Notes under the pieces: generated by a model
Databases searched by the model: none
Told to the model about the DNA's origin: nothing
Seen by the model: the letters and a program-made list of their open reading frames with translations, nothing else
Assembly (NCBI GenBank): GCA_963664825.1
Contig: OY761614.1
Span: forward strand, 960,001-1,024,000
Reading direction: 5' to 3'
DNA: 64,000 bases
From: an uncultured Holophaga sp.
GTDB taxonomy: Bacteria; Acidobacteriota; Holophagae; Holophagales; Holophagaceae
In this document: piece after piece, positions 39,851 through 49,820 of the stretch
Position numbering within the stretch: position 1 is the first letter of the stretch
Layout: each line of letters opens with the position of its first letter
Made by a program: the position numbers and the translations under genes

Positions 39851-41452
39851 TTACCCCAGCGCCTGCACGAGCACTTCCCTGCGCCCTTCCAGATACCGCG
39901 CTGCGGCGGGAAGGATCACCCGCCTGTAGACCAAGTACAGGAGGCCCAGCAGCAGGGCCATGACAGGGAGCAGCAGCAGGGGCGCCAGCCAGGCCGTGAG
40001 GAGGTAGATGCCGCCGAATACGGCGGTCCCAGCCAGTGTGCACGCCATGCCCAGCCAGATCACGGGTTGGGCCATGTTGTTGTTCTTGAGGCTATCCCTG
40101 GGCATGGGCCGGGGCAGCCAGGCGCTGGTCCAATGGCCCAGGCTTACTTGCAGGATGAACAAGCAACCCATGAGGCATACGCCCGCCACGGCCTGGAGGG
40201 GGCCCAGGTTTCCGGCGATGCCCAGCAGGATCAGCATCAGCAGGACCTGGAGTCCCAGGAAGGCCAGGAGTCCCAGGGCCTTGCCCACCAGCAGATCCCT
40301 GGACCGCAGCGGCAGGAGCAGCAGGGCCTTCACGCCGGAGCCGTCCAGGCCGAACTGGTTGAGTTGCACCTGCATGCCCGCCATGGAGAGGTAGGCGAAG
40401 GCCATGGGCAGGCTCCAGACCCCGGCCCCCCAGGCGCGGGCTAGGGGCCCCTTGATCAGCACCAGCACCATCAGGGGAATGAGGAGCTGGAACCTGCCCA
40501 GATGGCTGGAGATGACGGCCCGCCACTGGAGCCGAGCGATGCCGTACATGGGCTCGGAAAAGCTCCAGAGTTTTTCTGAGGAGTCCTTGGCCACTGACTC
40601 GAACGCCTGGGGCTCAGAATCTCGCCTCAGGGTGCTCGCCGCGGCCAGTAGCAAGAGCACCAGCATCGCGATGGGATAAACCTGCCGCCCCAACGCCTGT
40701 CCCCAATGGCCCGCCAGTCCCTCTCCCATGCCTCGAATGGACTGGGTGGTGGGCAGCGCATCGACGACCATCAGCAAATTCCCAATTCGTTGCTGCATCT
40801 GTACTGATTCGGCAGCAGGAACTTTGCTTTTTTTGGCCGACCGGGCGGTCATGGCAGGCAGGAGGGTCGTGGAGATCCAGAGGAGGAAGGCGAGCACCCC
40901 AAAGGCCAGTCGGAGGTGCTTGGCGATGCGAGCGGTGAGGCTTCCGACCAGATACTGGACGCACAGAAGGGCCACCATCGTGCCCAGCCAAGGCAAGGGC
41001 AGGAAGACCAGCAGCAGGGGCTTGGCCACGCCAACGCCCAGAAGCAGACATCCGGCGACCAGGCCGATGCAGAGAGGCAGGATATCTCCCAGCCCCGCGA
41101 TCAGCTCCGCCAGGAATAGACTCCGAACACGAAGGGGGAAGAGACGGGTGCTCTCCCACCCCAAGGTGCGGGTGCCCCCGAAGAGTCCGCCGGTGATGCC
41201 TCCCAGCAGGGCCAGGCAGGCCAGGATGGCGCCCAGGCCCCGGACAAAGGCGGGATCCGGCAAGCCGCGGCCCAGGAAGTAGCCGCCCACCAGAATGCCG
41301 AACACCGCAGGCAGCGCCGCGAAGAGCCCAAACAGCGTCACGACGATGACAAAGGCCGTACGGCCGGATTTGCCAAGTTCCTTGCGGGAACGGTTCCAGC
41401 CCGCCTGGAGATGGGCGCTGAGGAGCGTGCGGACGGGGCCCACTACAGCCAT
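39851..41452 (-). CDS. ABC exporter permease (EcsB/ABC-2-like, about 12 TM helices)
   Basis: Polytopic membrane protein with NQFGLDGSG and LLVGK. Overlaps the ATPase gene. Confidence 0.8.
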   Translation of the reverse strand: MAVVGPVRTLLSAHLQAGWNRSRKELGKSGRTAFVIVVTLFGLFAALPAVFGILVGGYFLGRGLPDPAFVRGLGAILACLALLGGITGGLFGGTRTLGWESTRLFPLRVRSLFLAELIAGLGDILPLCIGLVAGCLLLGVGVAKPLLLVFLPLPWLGTMVALLCVQYLVGSLTARIAKHLRLAFGVLAFLLWISTTLLPAMTARSAKKSKVPAAESVQMQQRIGNLLMVVDALPTTQSIRGMGEGLAGHWGQALGRQVYPIAMLVLLLLAAASTLRRDSEPQAFESVAKDSSEKLWSFSEPMYGIARLQWRAVISSHLGRFQLLIPLMVLVLIKGPLARAWGAGVWSLPMAFAYLSMAGMQVQLNQFGLDGSGVKALLLLPLRSRDLLVGKALGLLAFLGLQVLLMLILLGIAGNLGPLQAVAGVCLMGCLFILQVSLGHWTSAWLPRPMPRDSLKNNNMAQPVIWLGMACTLAGTAVFGGIYLLTAWLAPLLLLPVMALLLGLLYLVYRRVILPAAARYLEGRREVLVQALG

Positions 41453-42195
41453 GAAAGCTCACCCGTCTTCACACCACCCACAAGATCCACGAAGAGGCTC
41501 TCCAGGTTCTCGGCCCCTTCGGCGGCGCGCAGTTCCGTGAGGGGACCAAAGCCTAGAAGGCGTCCCTCATCGAGAATGGCGATCAAGGGGCAGAGCTTCT
41601 CCACCACCTCCATGATGTGGCTCGTGAGGATGATGGTGACCCCGCGGCCCTGGAGGGAATGCAGGATGTCCTTGATGGTGCGGCTGGTGACGGCATCGAT
41701 GCCCTCGAAGGGTTCGTCCAGGAAGACCACGCGAGGCGCGTGGATGAGGGCCGCGCAGAGGGCCAGCTTCTTCTTCATCCCGTAGCTGTACTCGGCAACG
41801 AGGCCTTTGGGCGCAGGGGCAAGGTCCAGCTTGGCGAAGAGCTCCTGACGCCGGGCGTCAATAACGGCGTCCTCCAGCCCATACATGCGGCCCACGAAGC
41901 GCAGATACTGAGGGCCTGTGAGGTATTCCAGCAGCGCCATGTCCTCGGGCATGACTCCGATCTGACGCTTGATGGCGAGTTCGTCCGTGGCAAGATCCAG
42001 CCCCAGCACACGAATGCGACCGCGGGTGGGCTTCAGAAGGCCCGTCACCATCTTCAGGGTCGTGCTCTTACCCGCACCATTGCGCCCCAGCAGTCCCAAC
42101 AGGCTTCCGGGCTCTATGCGTAGCGTCAGATCGTCCACGGCGACTTTCTCGCCGAAGGTCTTGGTCAGGTTTTCGAATTCCAGGGCGTATTCCAT
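41443..42195 (-). CDS. ABC transporter ATP-binding protein
   Basis: GRNGAGKST, YSYGM signature, FLDEP and H-loop TSH. Confidence 0.95.
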   Translation of the reverse strand: MEYALEFENLTKTFGEKVAVDDLTLRIEPGSLLGLLGRNGAGKSTTLKMVTGLLKPTRGRIRVLGLDLATDELAIKRQIGVMPEDMALLEYLTGPQYLRFVGRMYGLEDAVIDARRQELFAKLDLAPAPKGLVAEYSYGMKKKLALCAALIHAPRVVFLDEPFEGIDAVTSRTIKDILHSLQGRGVTIILTSHIMEVVEKLCPLIAILDEGRLLGFGPLTELRAAEGAENLESLFVDLVGGVKTGELSWL

Positions 42196-42300
42196 GCTCT
42201 CGACGCTACCGGGGGACGCTTATGAGGTCCAGCACAACGCCAAGCGGCTCCCCGGGGAGGCCGAACCACACCCAGTCGCCGCCCATGGGCTCCAGGATCC

Positions 42301-42522
42301 ACACCCGGAGCCTCCAGTTCTTCACGGGACTCCAGATCATGAACGTGCCCAGCCGCCTCATCGTCGTTCAAGAACGATGGCCACTGGCCCGATGGCCTCA
42401 AGTCCATGCCCATCTACTACAACAGCCACCTGGAGTGGTTCCAGAAATACCTGGGAGGAGGAGCTGCTCCCTGGAAGACCGAGGATATGATCCGAAACCT
42501 AGCCTTTGCCGATAAGCTATAA
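42301..42522 (+). pseudogene. Frameshifted remnant of the S9 peptidase 3' end
   Basis: Matches about 39564-39770, with mostly synonymous differences and a +1 G (ATCGTCGTTC vs ATCGTCTTC). Ends NLAFADKL*. Confidence 0.85.
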
Positions 42523-42544
42523 AGGTCAGAATCGAGGCAGAAAC

Positions 42545-44089
42545 ATGAAAATAGGGAAGAAGGTTTCCCTGGCGAGCGGGGCGATGATCGCCTTCGCCAC
42601 GGCCCTGGTGGCCTTCACCACGCTCGCGATCATGTACCGGTCCCTGGAGGACCAGGCCATCTCCATGCAGGAGAGCCGCATCAAGACCCTCAGGGAGCTT
42701 CTCGCCCACAAGGGAAGGGATTTCAGGATCTCCGAGGGCGCCCTCTTCGCCGGGGAATACCAGCTCAATGGAGACTTCGAGATCCCCGACCGGCTGAAGG
42801 AACTCTGCGGCGGGACGGCCACCATCTTCATGGGGGACGTGCGCGTCTCCACCAATATCGTGGACAGCCAAGGCAGGCGGGCCGTGGGCACCCACCTCCA
42901 GGGCCCGACCCGGGAGGCCATCTTCGAGAGGAAGGAGAGCTTCCGTGGCCAGGCCGTGATCCTGGGGGAGCCCTACTTCACGGCCTACGATCCCATCCTG
43001 GACACCCAGGGGAAGGTCATTGGTGTGCTCTACACCGGGGTCAAGAAGAGCGAGTATTTCAGCGGTTTCTACCACCTCCTCTGGATCGTCTCAGGCATGA
43101 CCGCGGCGGTCATCGCCGGGTCCTTCCTCTTCATGCGCTACCTCGCCAGCAGGATCAGCCGCCCCCTGGATCACATGATCTCCGGCATGGAGCGCTCGGA
43201 TCTCACGCTGGTCCTTCCCGAAGAGGGTGATGACGAAATCCGCGCGCTGGCCAAGGCCTTCAACCAGCACAACGGGGAACTCCGGGAGGCGCTTCGGCAA
43301 TTCGGTTTCCAGTCCCACCAGGTAGCCAGCGGGAGCACGGAGCTCTCTGCCACCGCCGAACAGCTCTCGGCGACCACCGAGGAACTCGACCGCGGCATCG
43401 AGACCCAACGGGAGCACACGGACCAGATGGCCAGTGCCATCACCGAACTGACGGCCTCCATCGCCGAGGTGTCCCAAAACGCCGGCCTCTCGAGACAGGT
43501 GTCCGAGCAGGCCGCCCAGGCGGCCACTGCGGGGGCCCAGGTGGGCCAGGAGACCTCTAAAGCCATGGAGACCGTGCGCGAGAGCACGGAGCGGATGGTG
43601 CAGGCGATCCGCGTCATCCGGGAGATCGCCAATCAGACGAACCTGCTGTCCTTGAACGCGGCCATCGAAGCCGCGAAGGCCGGATCCCTGGGCAAGGGCT
43701 TCGCCGTCGTCGCCGAGGAGGTGCGGAAGCTGGCCGAGCGTTCCCAGACGGCAGCCAAGGAGATCGAGGGGCTCATCTCATTTTCCCAGACCGCTGTCGA
43801 GGGAGGCAACCGCAGCGTGGAGGCGGTCGTGGCCCAACTCGAGCAGATCAAGGAACAGGCGGAGCGGGCCGCGGAAACCGTGCATCAGATCGCTCAGGCC
43901 AGCGGCGAGCAGGCCCGCACCGCCGAGGAGGTGGCGCGTACCATGGCCCAGGTAGCCTCAGAAAACACCCGGACGGCCGCAGCCAGTGTGCAGATCGCCT
44001 CGACGAGCCGAGAGGTAGCGCGCACGGCCAGCGAACTAGCCAAGATCGCCGAGGCCCTCCAAGCCGAGGCAGGCAAGTTCAGGATCTGA
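42545..44089 (+). CDS. Methyl-accepting chemotaxis protein (Cache, HAMP, MA domains)
   Basis: TM helix, [19 protein letters not shown] (Cache), a second TM, HAMP and [30 protein letters not shown]. Confidence 0.95.
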   Translation: MKIGKKVSLASGAMIAFATALVAFTTLAIMYRSLEDQAISMQESRIKTLRELLAHKGRDFRISEGALFAGEYQLNGDFEIPDRLKELCGGTATIFMGDVRVSTNIVDSQGRRAVGTHLQGPTREAIFERKESFRGQAVILGEPYFTAYDPILDTQGKVIGVLYTGVKKSEYFSGFYHLLWIVSGMTAAVIAGSFLFMRYLASRISRPLDHMISGMERSDLTLVLPEEGDDEIRALAKAFNQHNGELREALRQFGFQSHQVASGSTELSATAEQLSATTEELDRGIETQREHTDQMASAITELTASIAEVSQNAGLSRQVSEQAAQAATAGAQVGQETSKAMETVRESTERMVQAIRVIREIANQTNLLSLNAAIEAAKAGSLGKGFAVVAEEVRKLAERSQTAAKEIEGLISFSQTAVEGGNRSVEAVVAQLEQIKEQAERAAETVHQIAQASGEQARTAEEVARTMAQVASENTRTAAASVQIASTSREVARTASELAKIAEALQAEAGKFRI

Positions 44090-44127
44090 GGCCCCCATCT
44101 TCGGCGTTCTTGCGGTGGGATCCCCCT

Positions 44128-45357
44128 TCAGTCCTTCACCTTCGCCAACAGTTCCTTCACCGCGTCCTTGTGCACCATGAAGGCCAACACCTTCAGCTTC
44201 ACGTAGTCCTCCCGGTAGAAGTAGTAGCCGGGGTGTTCGCTGTTCCAGGAGCTGCTCCAGGAGTCCTTCACCAGGAACCAGTCCTGGCCATGCCTCTGGG
44301 TGAAGCCCACCACGTGCAGGCCGTGATCGTCGGTGGTGCTGCCGTTCTGGAAGCGGAACTGGCGGGCGGCCGCGTCGATATGGCTCGCGGGGATATCCCA
44401 GGTGGGCACCACCGCCAGGCCCGGACCACCGATGGAATAGCCGGGCTCGGACATATCGGCGGCGATGGCCAGGGAGTAGCCCTTCTGAATGGCGCCCTTG
44501 AAGGCCCCCATGAATGCGTCCAGGGGGATATTGAGATACTCCTTCCCGTGCCACCAATTGTCAGGCACCTCGTATTCCGTGCGCTCCCAGGCGGGCTTCC
44601 CGAGGAATGAAACGAATTCCACGTAATCGTCGGGGTTGAGGCGCACCACCTGGGCCAGGTATTCCTGGGGCGTGAGCGTCTTCCCTTCCACCTGCACGGT
44701 GGCAGGCGGCGCTCCCAGATAATGATCGAGGATGGCCCGCACGGTCGATACCACCTGCTCCTCGTTCCAGGCGTTTGAAGCCTTCACGCCATCCAGGTAG
44801 GCCTTCAGCTCCTTGAAGAGGGGAGCGTGATCGTAGTTCTGGCGGCCATCCTGCAGGCCGGTGTAGGCCTCCAGGGGAATTACGCCGTGTTCCTTCCAGG
44901 CCCTCATCACCGCCGCCCCTTGAGAGCCCTCGCCGAAGACGGACTTCCCGCGGCTCCGCACGAAGCCCCGGGCCTTCTCCACGTACTCCCAGTAGACCGA
45001 ATGCATCACGGAGAAGCGCAGCTTCCGCTGGGTCAGGCGGTAGGCCTCGGATTCCAGGAAGGAGGTCGTGGAGAAGCACCAGCACATCCCCGAGAGCCCC
45101 TGGCAAATCGAGGGCTGATGGAAGACCTGGGTGAATGCCGAAAGCCCCTTGGGGGCGTCGATGGTGGCGAAGTCCACCCACATGGTCTTCTTCTCGGGTT
45201 CTTCGGACTTCTTGCGAAGTTCGGCCCGGATGCCATCGAGCTTGGCATCCTTTTCCACCTCGAAGAGGACCTTGTCCCGATGTTCCTGAGCTTGAGCCTG
45301 AGCCTGGGCCGGAGCGATGAGGACGGTGCCAGCGATCAAAAGGGCGAGTGTGCGCAT
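44128..45357 (-). CDS. C1 family cysteine peptidase (aminopeptidase C-like), exported
   Basis: QGLSGMCWCF, TTDDHGLHVVG and VKDSW motifs. Signal peptide. Confidence 0.88.
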   Translation of the reverse strand: MRTLALLIAGTVLIAPAQAQAQAQEHRDKVLFEVEKDAKLDGIRAELRKKSEEPEKKTMWVDFATIDAPKGLSAFTQVFHQPSICQGLSGMCWCFSTTSFLESEAYRLTQRKLRFSVMHSVYWEYVEKARGFVRSRGKSVFGEGSQGAAVMRAWKEHGVIPLEAYTGLQDGRQNYDHAPLFKELKAYLDGVKASNAWNEEQVVSTVRAILDHYLGAPPATVQVEGKTLTPQEYLAQVVRLNPDDYVEFVSFLGKPAWERTEYEVPDNWWHGKEYLNIPLDAFMGAFKGAIQKGYSLAIAADMSEPGYSIGGPGLAVVPTWDIPASHIDAAARQFRFQNGSTTDDHGLHVVGFTQRHGQDWFLVKDSWSSSWNSEHPGYYFYREDYVKLKVLAFMVHKDAVKELLAKVKD

Positions 45358-45436
45358 GAAGGCTCCTCCGGGAATGACCTCGTATTAAGATGATGACGTC
45401 CATTCTGCCACCCACGTCCAGTTCCCGGAGGATCTC

Positions 45437-47527
45437 ATGCGTTCCCTCATCCCGCTGACCGCCCTGGTCTGCCTTGCGAGTCCCGCCATGGCCAAGCCCA
45501 CCGACAACCCCTTCTTCACCCAATGGAAGACGCCCTTCGGCGTGCCCCCCTTCGACCAGATCAAGGCCGAACACTTCCTGCCGGCCTTCCAGGAGGGCAT
45601 GCAGCGCCATAAGCAGGAGATCGAGGCCATCACCAAGAACCCCGCCAAGCCCACATTCAAGAACACCGTGGCGGCCCTGGACGATGCCGGCGAGGACCTG
45701 GCGCGGGTGGAGCGAATCTTCCTGCTCCTCACCAGCGCCGAGACCAACGAACAGCTGCAGGCCCTGGAGGAGAAGGTCCAGCCCCTGCTCACATCCCACA
45801 GCGACGACCTGAACCTGAACGAGGCCCTCTTCCTGCGGGTGAAGGCCGTCTATGAGCACCGCGCCCAGCAGAAGCTCGGCGCCCAGGAAGCCATGCTGCT
45901 GGAGAAGACCTATCACCGTTTTCTGAGGGGTGGAGCGGGTTTGGGTGCGGCCCAGCAGGAGCGCTTCCGGGCCATCAACGCCGAGCTCTCGGCCCTCCAG
46001 GTGAAGTTCGCGTCGAATCTTCTCAAGGACACCAACGCCTATCGCCTGGTGATCGATAAGCAGGCGGATCTGGCCGGACTCCCCGCCGATCAGATCGCCG
46101 CCGCTTCTGAGGTGGCCAAGAAGGCGGGCCAGGAGGGTACGTGGGTCTTCACCCTGGCCTACCCCAGCATCTGGCCCTTCATGACCTACGCCGAAAACCG
46201 GGAACTGCGCCGCCAGATATTTACCGCCTACACCACCCGCTGCTTGACCGGGGAGACCGAGAACCGCACGGTATTTGCCAAGATCGCCGCCCTGCGCGCC
46301 GAGAAGGCCCAGCTCCTGGGCTTCAAGACCTGGGCGGCCTACACCCTGGACGACACCATGGCCAAGACCCCCGCCAAGGCCTATGAACTCATGGAGCAGC
46401 TCTGGAAGCCTTCCCTGGCGCTGGCCAAGCGCGAGGCCGCCGATCTCCAGGCCATGATCGACCAGGAGAAGGGGAGTTTTAAACTGGAGCCCTGGGATTG
46501 GTGGTACTACGCCGACAAGGTCAAGAAGGCCAAGTTCGCCCTGGATGAGGAGGCCATGAAGCCCTACTTCCCCCTGGAGCAGGTGCGCCGCGGCGCCTTC
46601 GCCCTGGCCGGGAAGCTCTACGGCATCACCTTCACCGAGCGCAAGGATCTGCCCGTCTATCACCCGGAGGTGCAGGCCTTCGAGGTCAAGGAGAAGGACG
46701 GACGGCATCTGGGGGTCCTCTACATGGACTTCCACCCCCGGCCGGGCAAGACGGTCGGCGCCTGGTGCGACACCCTGCGGGATTCCTGGATCAAGAACGG
46801 CAAGTTCATCTCGCCGGTGGTCTATAACGTCTCCAATTTCGCCCGGCCCTCAGCCAATGCCCCGGCCCTCCTCAGCGCCGACGAGGCCGAGACCCTCTTC
46901 CACGAATTCGGCCACGCCGTGCACAACCTCCTGGTCCATGTGCGCTTCCGCAGCGCTGGCGTGAACGGGGTGGCCATCGATTTCGTCGAGCTGCCCAGCC
47001 AGGTCATGGAGAACTGGGTCTTCGAGCCCGAGATGCTCAAGCTCTACGCCAAGCACTATCAGACCGGCGAAGTGATTCCGGCCAGTCTGGTGCAGAAGAA
47101 GCTGAAGGCTTCCACCTTCAACCAGGGATTTGCCTGGACGGAGAAACTGGCAGCTTCCCTATTGGACATGGACTGGCATTCCCTCACCACCACCGTACCC
47201 CAGGACGCCGCGGTCCTCGAGCGGGCCAGCTTCACCAAGTGGGGCCTCATCCCCGAGATCGTCTCCCGCTACCGGACTTCCTACTTCAAGCACTCCGCCA
47301 CGGACTACTCCGCCAGCTATTACAGCTACACCTGGTCCGAAGTGCTGGATAGCGATGCCTTCCAGGCCTTCAAGGAGACGGGGAATATCTTCGATCCCAA
47401 GACAGCCAAGGCCTTCCGCAAGATGCTCTCCAAGGGCGGCAGCGAGGATCCCGCAGTCATCTACCGGGAATTCCGCGGACGGGATCCCAAGGTCGAGGCC
47501 CTCCTGGAAAAGCGCGGACTCAAGTAG
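45437..47527 (+). CDS. dcp: M3 family peptidyl-dipeptidase (Dcp-like), exported, paralog 1
   Basis: TLFHEFGH, DFVELPSQ, PRPGK and YYSYTWSEVLD motifs. Signal peptide. Confidence 0.9.
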   Translation: MRSLIPLTALVCLASPAMAKPTDNPFFTQWKTPFGVPPFDQIKAEHFLPAFQEGMQRHKQEIEAITKNPAKPTFKNTVAALDDAGEDLARVERIFLLLTSAETNEQLQALEEKVQPLLTSHSDDLNLNEALFLRVKAVYEHRAQQKLGAQEAMLLEKTYHRFLRGGAGLGAAQQERFRAINAELSALQVKFASNLLKDTNAYRLVIDKQADLAGLPADQIAAASEVAKKAGQEGTWVFTLAYPSIWPFMTYAENRELRRQIFTAYTTRCLTGETENRTVFAKIAALRAEKAQLLGFKTWAAYTLDDTMAKTPAKAYELMEQLWKPSLALAKREAADLQAMIDQEKGSFKLEPWDWWYYADKVKKAKFALDEEAMKPYFPLEQVRRGAFALAGKLYGITFTERKDLPVYHPEVQAFEVKEKDGRHLGVLYMDFHPRPGKTVGAWCDTLRDSWIKNGKFISPVVYNVSNFARPSANAPALLSADEAETLFHEFGHAVHNLLVHVRFRSAGVNGVAIDFVELPSQVMENWVFEPEMLKLYAKHYQTGEVIPASLVQKKLKASTFNQGFAWTEKLAASLLDMDWHSLTTTVPQDAAVLERASFTKWGLIPEIVSRYRTSYFKHSATDYSASYYSYTWSEVLDSDAFQAFKETGNIFDPKTAKAFRKMLSKGGSEDPAVIYREFRGRDPKVEALLEKRGLK

Positions 47528-47580
47528 GGCCACCCGAAATCCAGCCTCCGTATTCCCGTCACTCCATTTCTGAGGACACC

Positions 47581-49662
47581 ATGAAATCAAGCGCCCTCTC
47601 CGCATTGCTGGCCCTGCCCATGCTCGCGGCCACCCCCAATCCCACCCAGGCTTCCAATCCCTTCTTCCGGGAATGGAAGGCCCCCTTCGGCGCCCCTCCC
47701 TTCGCCCAGATCCAGGAGGACCACTTCCTGCCCGCCTTCAAGGAGGGCATGGCGCGCCAAAAGGCCGAAATCAGGGCCATCACCGCGTCCAAGGCCAAGC
47801 CCACCTTCAGGAACACCGTGGAGGCCATGGAGCGTGCCGGGGCCTTCCTGGAAAACGTGGCCTCGGTCTTCGGTTCCCTTTCGGGTGCCGAGACCAACCC
47901 CAAGCTCCAGGCCATCCATGGTGAACTGGCCCCCCTCATGGCGGCCCACGATGACGATATCAATTTCAACGAAAAGCTCTGGCAGCGGGTCAAGGCCGTC
48001 TGGGAACACCGCCCATCCGAGAAGCTGAGCCCAGAGCAGGCCCGCCTCCTGGAAGAGACCTACAAGGGTTTCAAGCGCACGGGAGCAGACCTGAATGCCG
48101 AGCAGAAGACGCACATGCGCGCCATCAACGCCGAGCTCTCCCAGCTCGGCGTGCAGTTCGGGGACCGGATACTGAAGGCCACCAAGAATTTCAAGCTGGT
48201 GGTCGAGAACCCCGCGGACCTGGCGGGCCTGCCCGAGGGTGTGCTTAGCGCCGCGGCAGGCGCCGCCAAAAAGGCAGGACAGGACCACAAGTGGCTCTTC
48301 AGCCTGGATGGCCCGAGCCTCTGGCCCTTCCTCCAGTATGCCGAGAACCGAGAGCTGCGCCGCCAGATGCTCACCGCCTACACCGAGCGCTGCAACGGAG
48401 GGGACCAGGACACCCGAGCCATCGTCAACCGCATCGCCGCCCTGCGCTCAGAGAAGGCGCAGCTCCTGGGCTTCAAGACCTGGGCGGATTTCGTCCTTGC
48501 CGAAAACATGGCCAAGGACGCCAAGGGAGTCTATGGCCTCCTCGACCAGCTCTGGAAGCCTTCTCTCGAAGTGGCGAAGAAGGACCGGGTCGACTTGCAG
48601 GCCCTCCTGGAGAAGGATCTGCCCGGCGAGAGACTCCAGCCTTGGGATTGGCGATTCTACGAAGAAAAGGTGCGCAAGGCGCGCTTCGAACTGGACGAGG
48701 AGGCTCTGAAACCCTACTTCCCCCTCGATCGGGTGCGCGAGGGCGCCTTCCGAGTGGCCGGGAAGCTCTACGGCATCACCTTCACCGAGCTGAAGGACAT
48801 GCCCGTCTATAACCCGGAAGTGAAGGTCTTCGAAGTCAAGGAGAAGGACGGGCAGAGCCTGGGCCTCCTCTACACCGATTACCATCCCCGACCCGGGAAG
48901 CGGGGCGGGGCTTGGTGCGGGCGCATCCGCGCGGGCTACGGCAAGGTCAAGCCCATCGTGACCAACGTCTGCAACTTCACGCGACCCACGGGCGATAAGC
49001 CTGCCCTGCTCACGCCCGATGAAGTGCAGACCCTCTTCCACGAGTTCGGTCACGCCATCCACGGGTTCTTCTACAAGGGCCATTACCGGGGGCTGGCCGG
49101 AACGCCCCGGGACTTCGTGGAGCTGCCCAGCCAGATCATGGAGAACTGGGCCCTGGAGCCCGAGGTGTTGAAGCTCTACGCCCAACACTACAAGACCGGC
49201 GAGACGATTCCCGACGCGCTCCTGCAAAGGATGCAAAGGGCTGGGACCTACGGTCAGGGTTTCAAGACCGTGGAATACCTGGCGGCCTCCCTGCTGGACA
49301 TGGCCTGGCACACCCAGACCGAACCCGTGACCCAGGACGCCATGGCCTTCGAAAAGGCCACCTTCGACAAACTCGGCCTGATCCCGGAGATCCCCTCCCG
49401 CTACCGCACACCCTACTTCAACCACATCTGGGGCGGCGGGTACAGCGCCGGGTACTACGCCTACATCTGGAGCGCCGTGCTGGATAGCGACGCCTTCCAG
49501 GCCTTCAAGGAGAAGGGCAATCTCTTCAACCCCGCCACCGCCCAGGCCTTCCGCAAGCTGCTATCCAAGGGCGGCAGCGAGGATCCCGCCGCGCTGTACC
49601 GCGCGTTCCGTGGCAGGGATCCCCAGGTGGAGCCGCTGCTCGTGAAGCGAGGCCTGAAGTAG
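47581..49662 (+). CDS. dcp: M3 family peptidyl-dipeptidase (Dcp-like), exported, paralog 2
   Basis: TLFHEFGH, DFVELPSQ, KRGGAW and GGYSAGYYAY motifs. Signal peptide. Confidence 0.9.
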   Translation: MKSSALSALLALPMLAATPNPTQASNPFFREWKAPFGAPPFAQIQEDHFLPAFKEGMARQKAEIRAITASKAKPTFRNTVEAMERAGAFLENVASVFGSLSGAETNPKLQAIHGELAPLMAAHDDDINFNEKLWQRVKAVWEHRPSEKLSPEQARLLEETYKGFKRTGADLNAEQKTHMRAINAELSQLGVQFGDRILKATKNFKLVVENPADLAGLPEGVLSAAAGAAKKAGQDHKWLFSLDGPSLWPFLQYAENRELRRQMLTAYTERCNGGDQDTRAIVNRIAALRSEKAQLLGFKTWADFVLAENMAKDAKGVYGLLDQLWKPSLEVAKKDRVDLQALLEKDLPGERLQPWDWRFYEEKVRKARFELDEEALKPYFPLDRVREGAFRVAGKLYGITFTELKDMPVYNPEVKVFEVKEKDGQSLGLLYTDYHPRPGKRGGAWCGRIRAGYGKVKPIVTNVCNFTRPTGDKPALLTPDEVQTLFHEFGHAIHGFFYKGHYRGLAGTPRDFVELPSQIMENWALEPEVLKLYAQHYKTGETIPDALLQRMQRAGTYGQGFKTVEYLAASLLDMAWHTQTEPVTQDAMAFEKATFDKLGLIPEIPSRYRTPYFNHIWGGGYSAGYYAYIWSAVLDSDAFQAFKEKGNLFNPATAQAFRKLLSKGGSEDPAALYRAFRGRDPQVEPLLVKRGLK

Positions 49663-49670
49663 GGTTCAAT

Positions 49671-49773
49671 CACCACGAAGGCATGGCCCACGGAGGGGAA
49701 TCCCGAAAAAAAGCGGGTGGAGAAACCCGTGATGATTCGGAAGCCTCTCCGTGCCCCTTGTGTCTCCGTGGTG
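49671..49773. repeat. REP-like imperfect inverted repeat, copy 2
   Basis: CACCACGAAGGCA...CACGGAG ... CTCCGTG...GTGTCTCCGTGGTG. Confidence 0.6.
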
Positions 49774-49820
49774 TTCTAACTTTTTTGAATGCAGCACAGG
49801 TGTCCGAGAAGACGGGCCGT

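Noticed and set aside
39564..42522. Diversity-generating retroelement TR/VR pair
   Set aside because: The mismatches are not adenine-specific (mostly synonymous C/G/T changes plus an indel), and there is no reverse transcriptase in the window.
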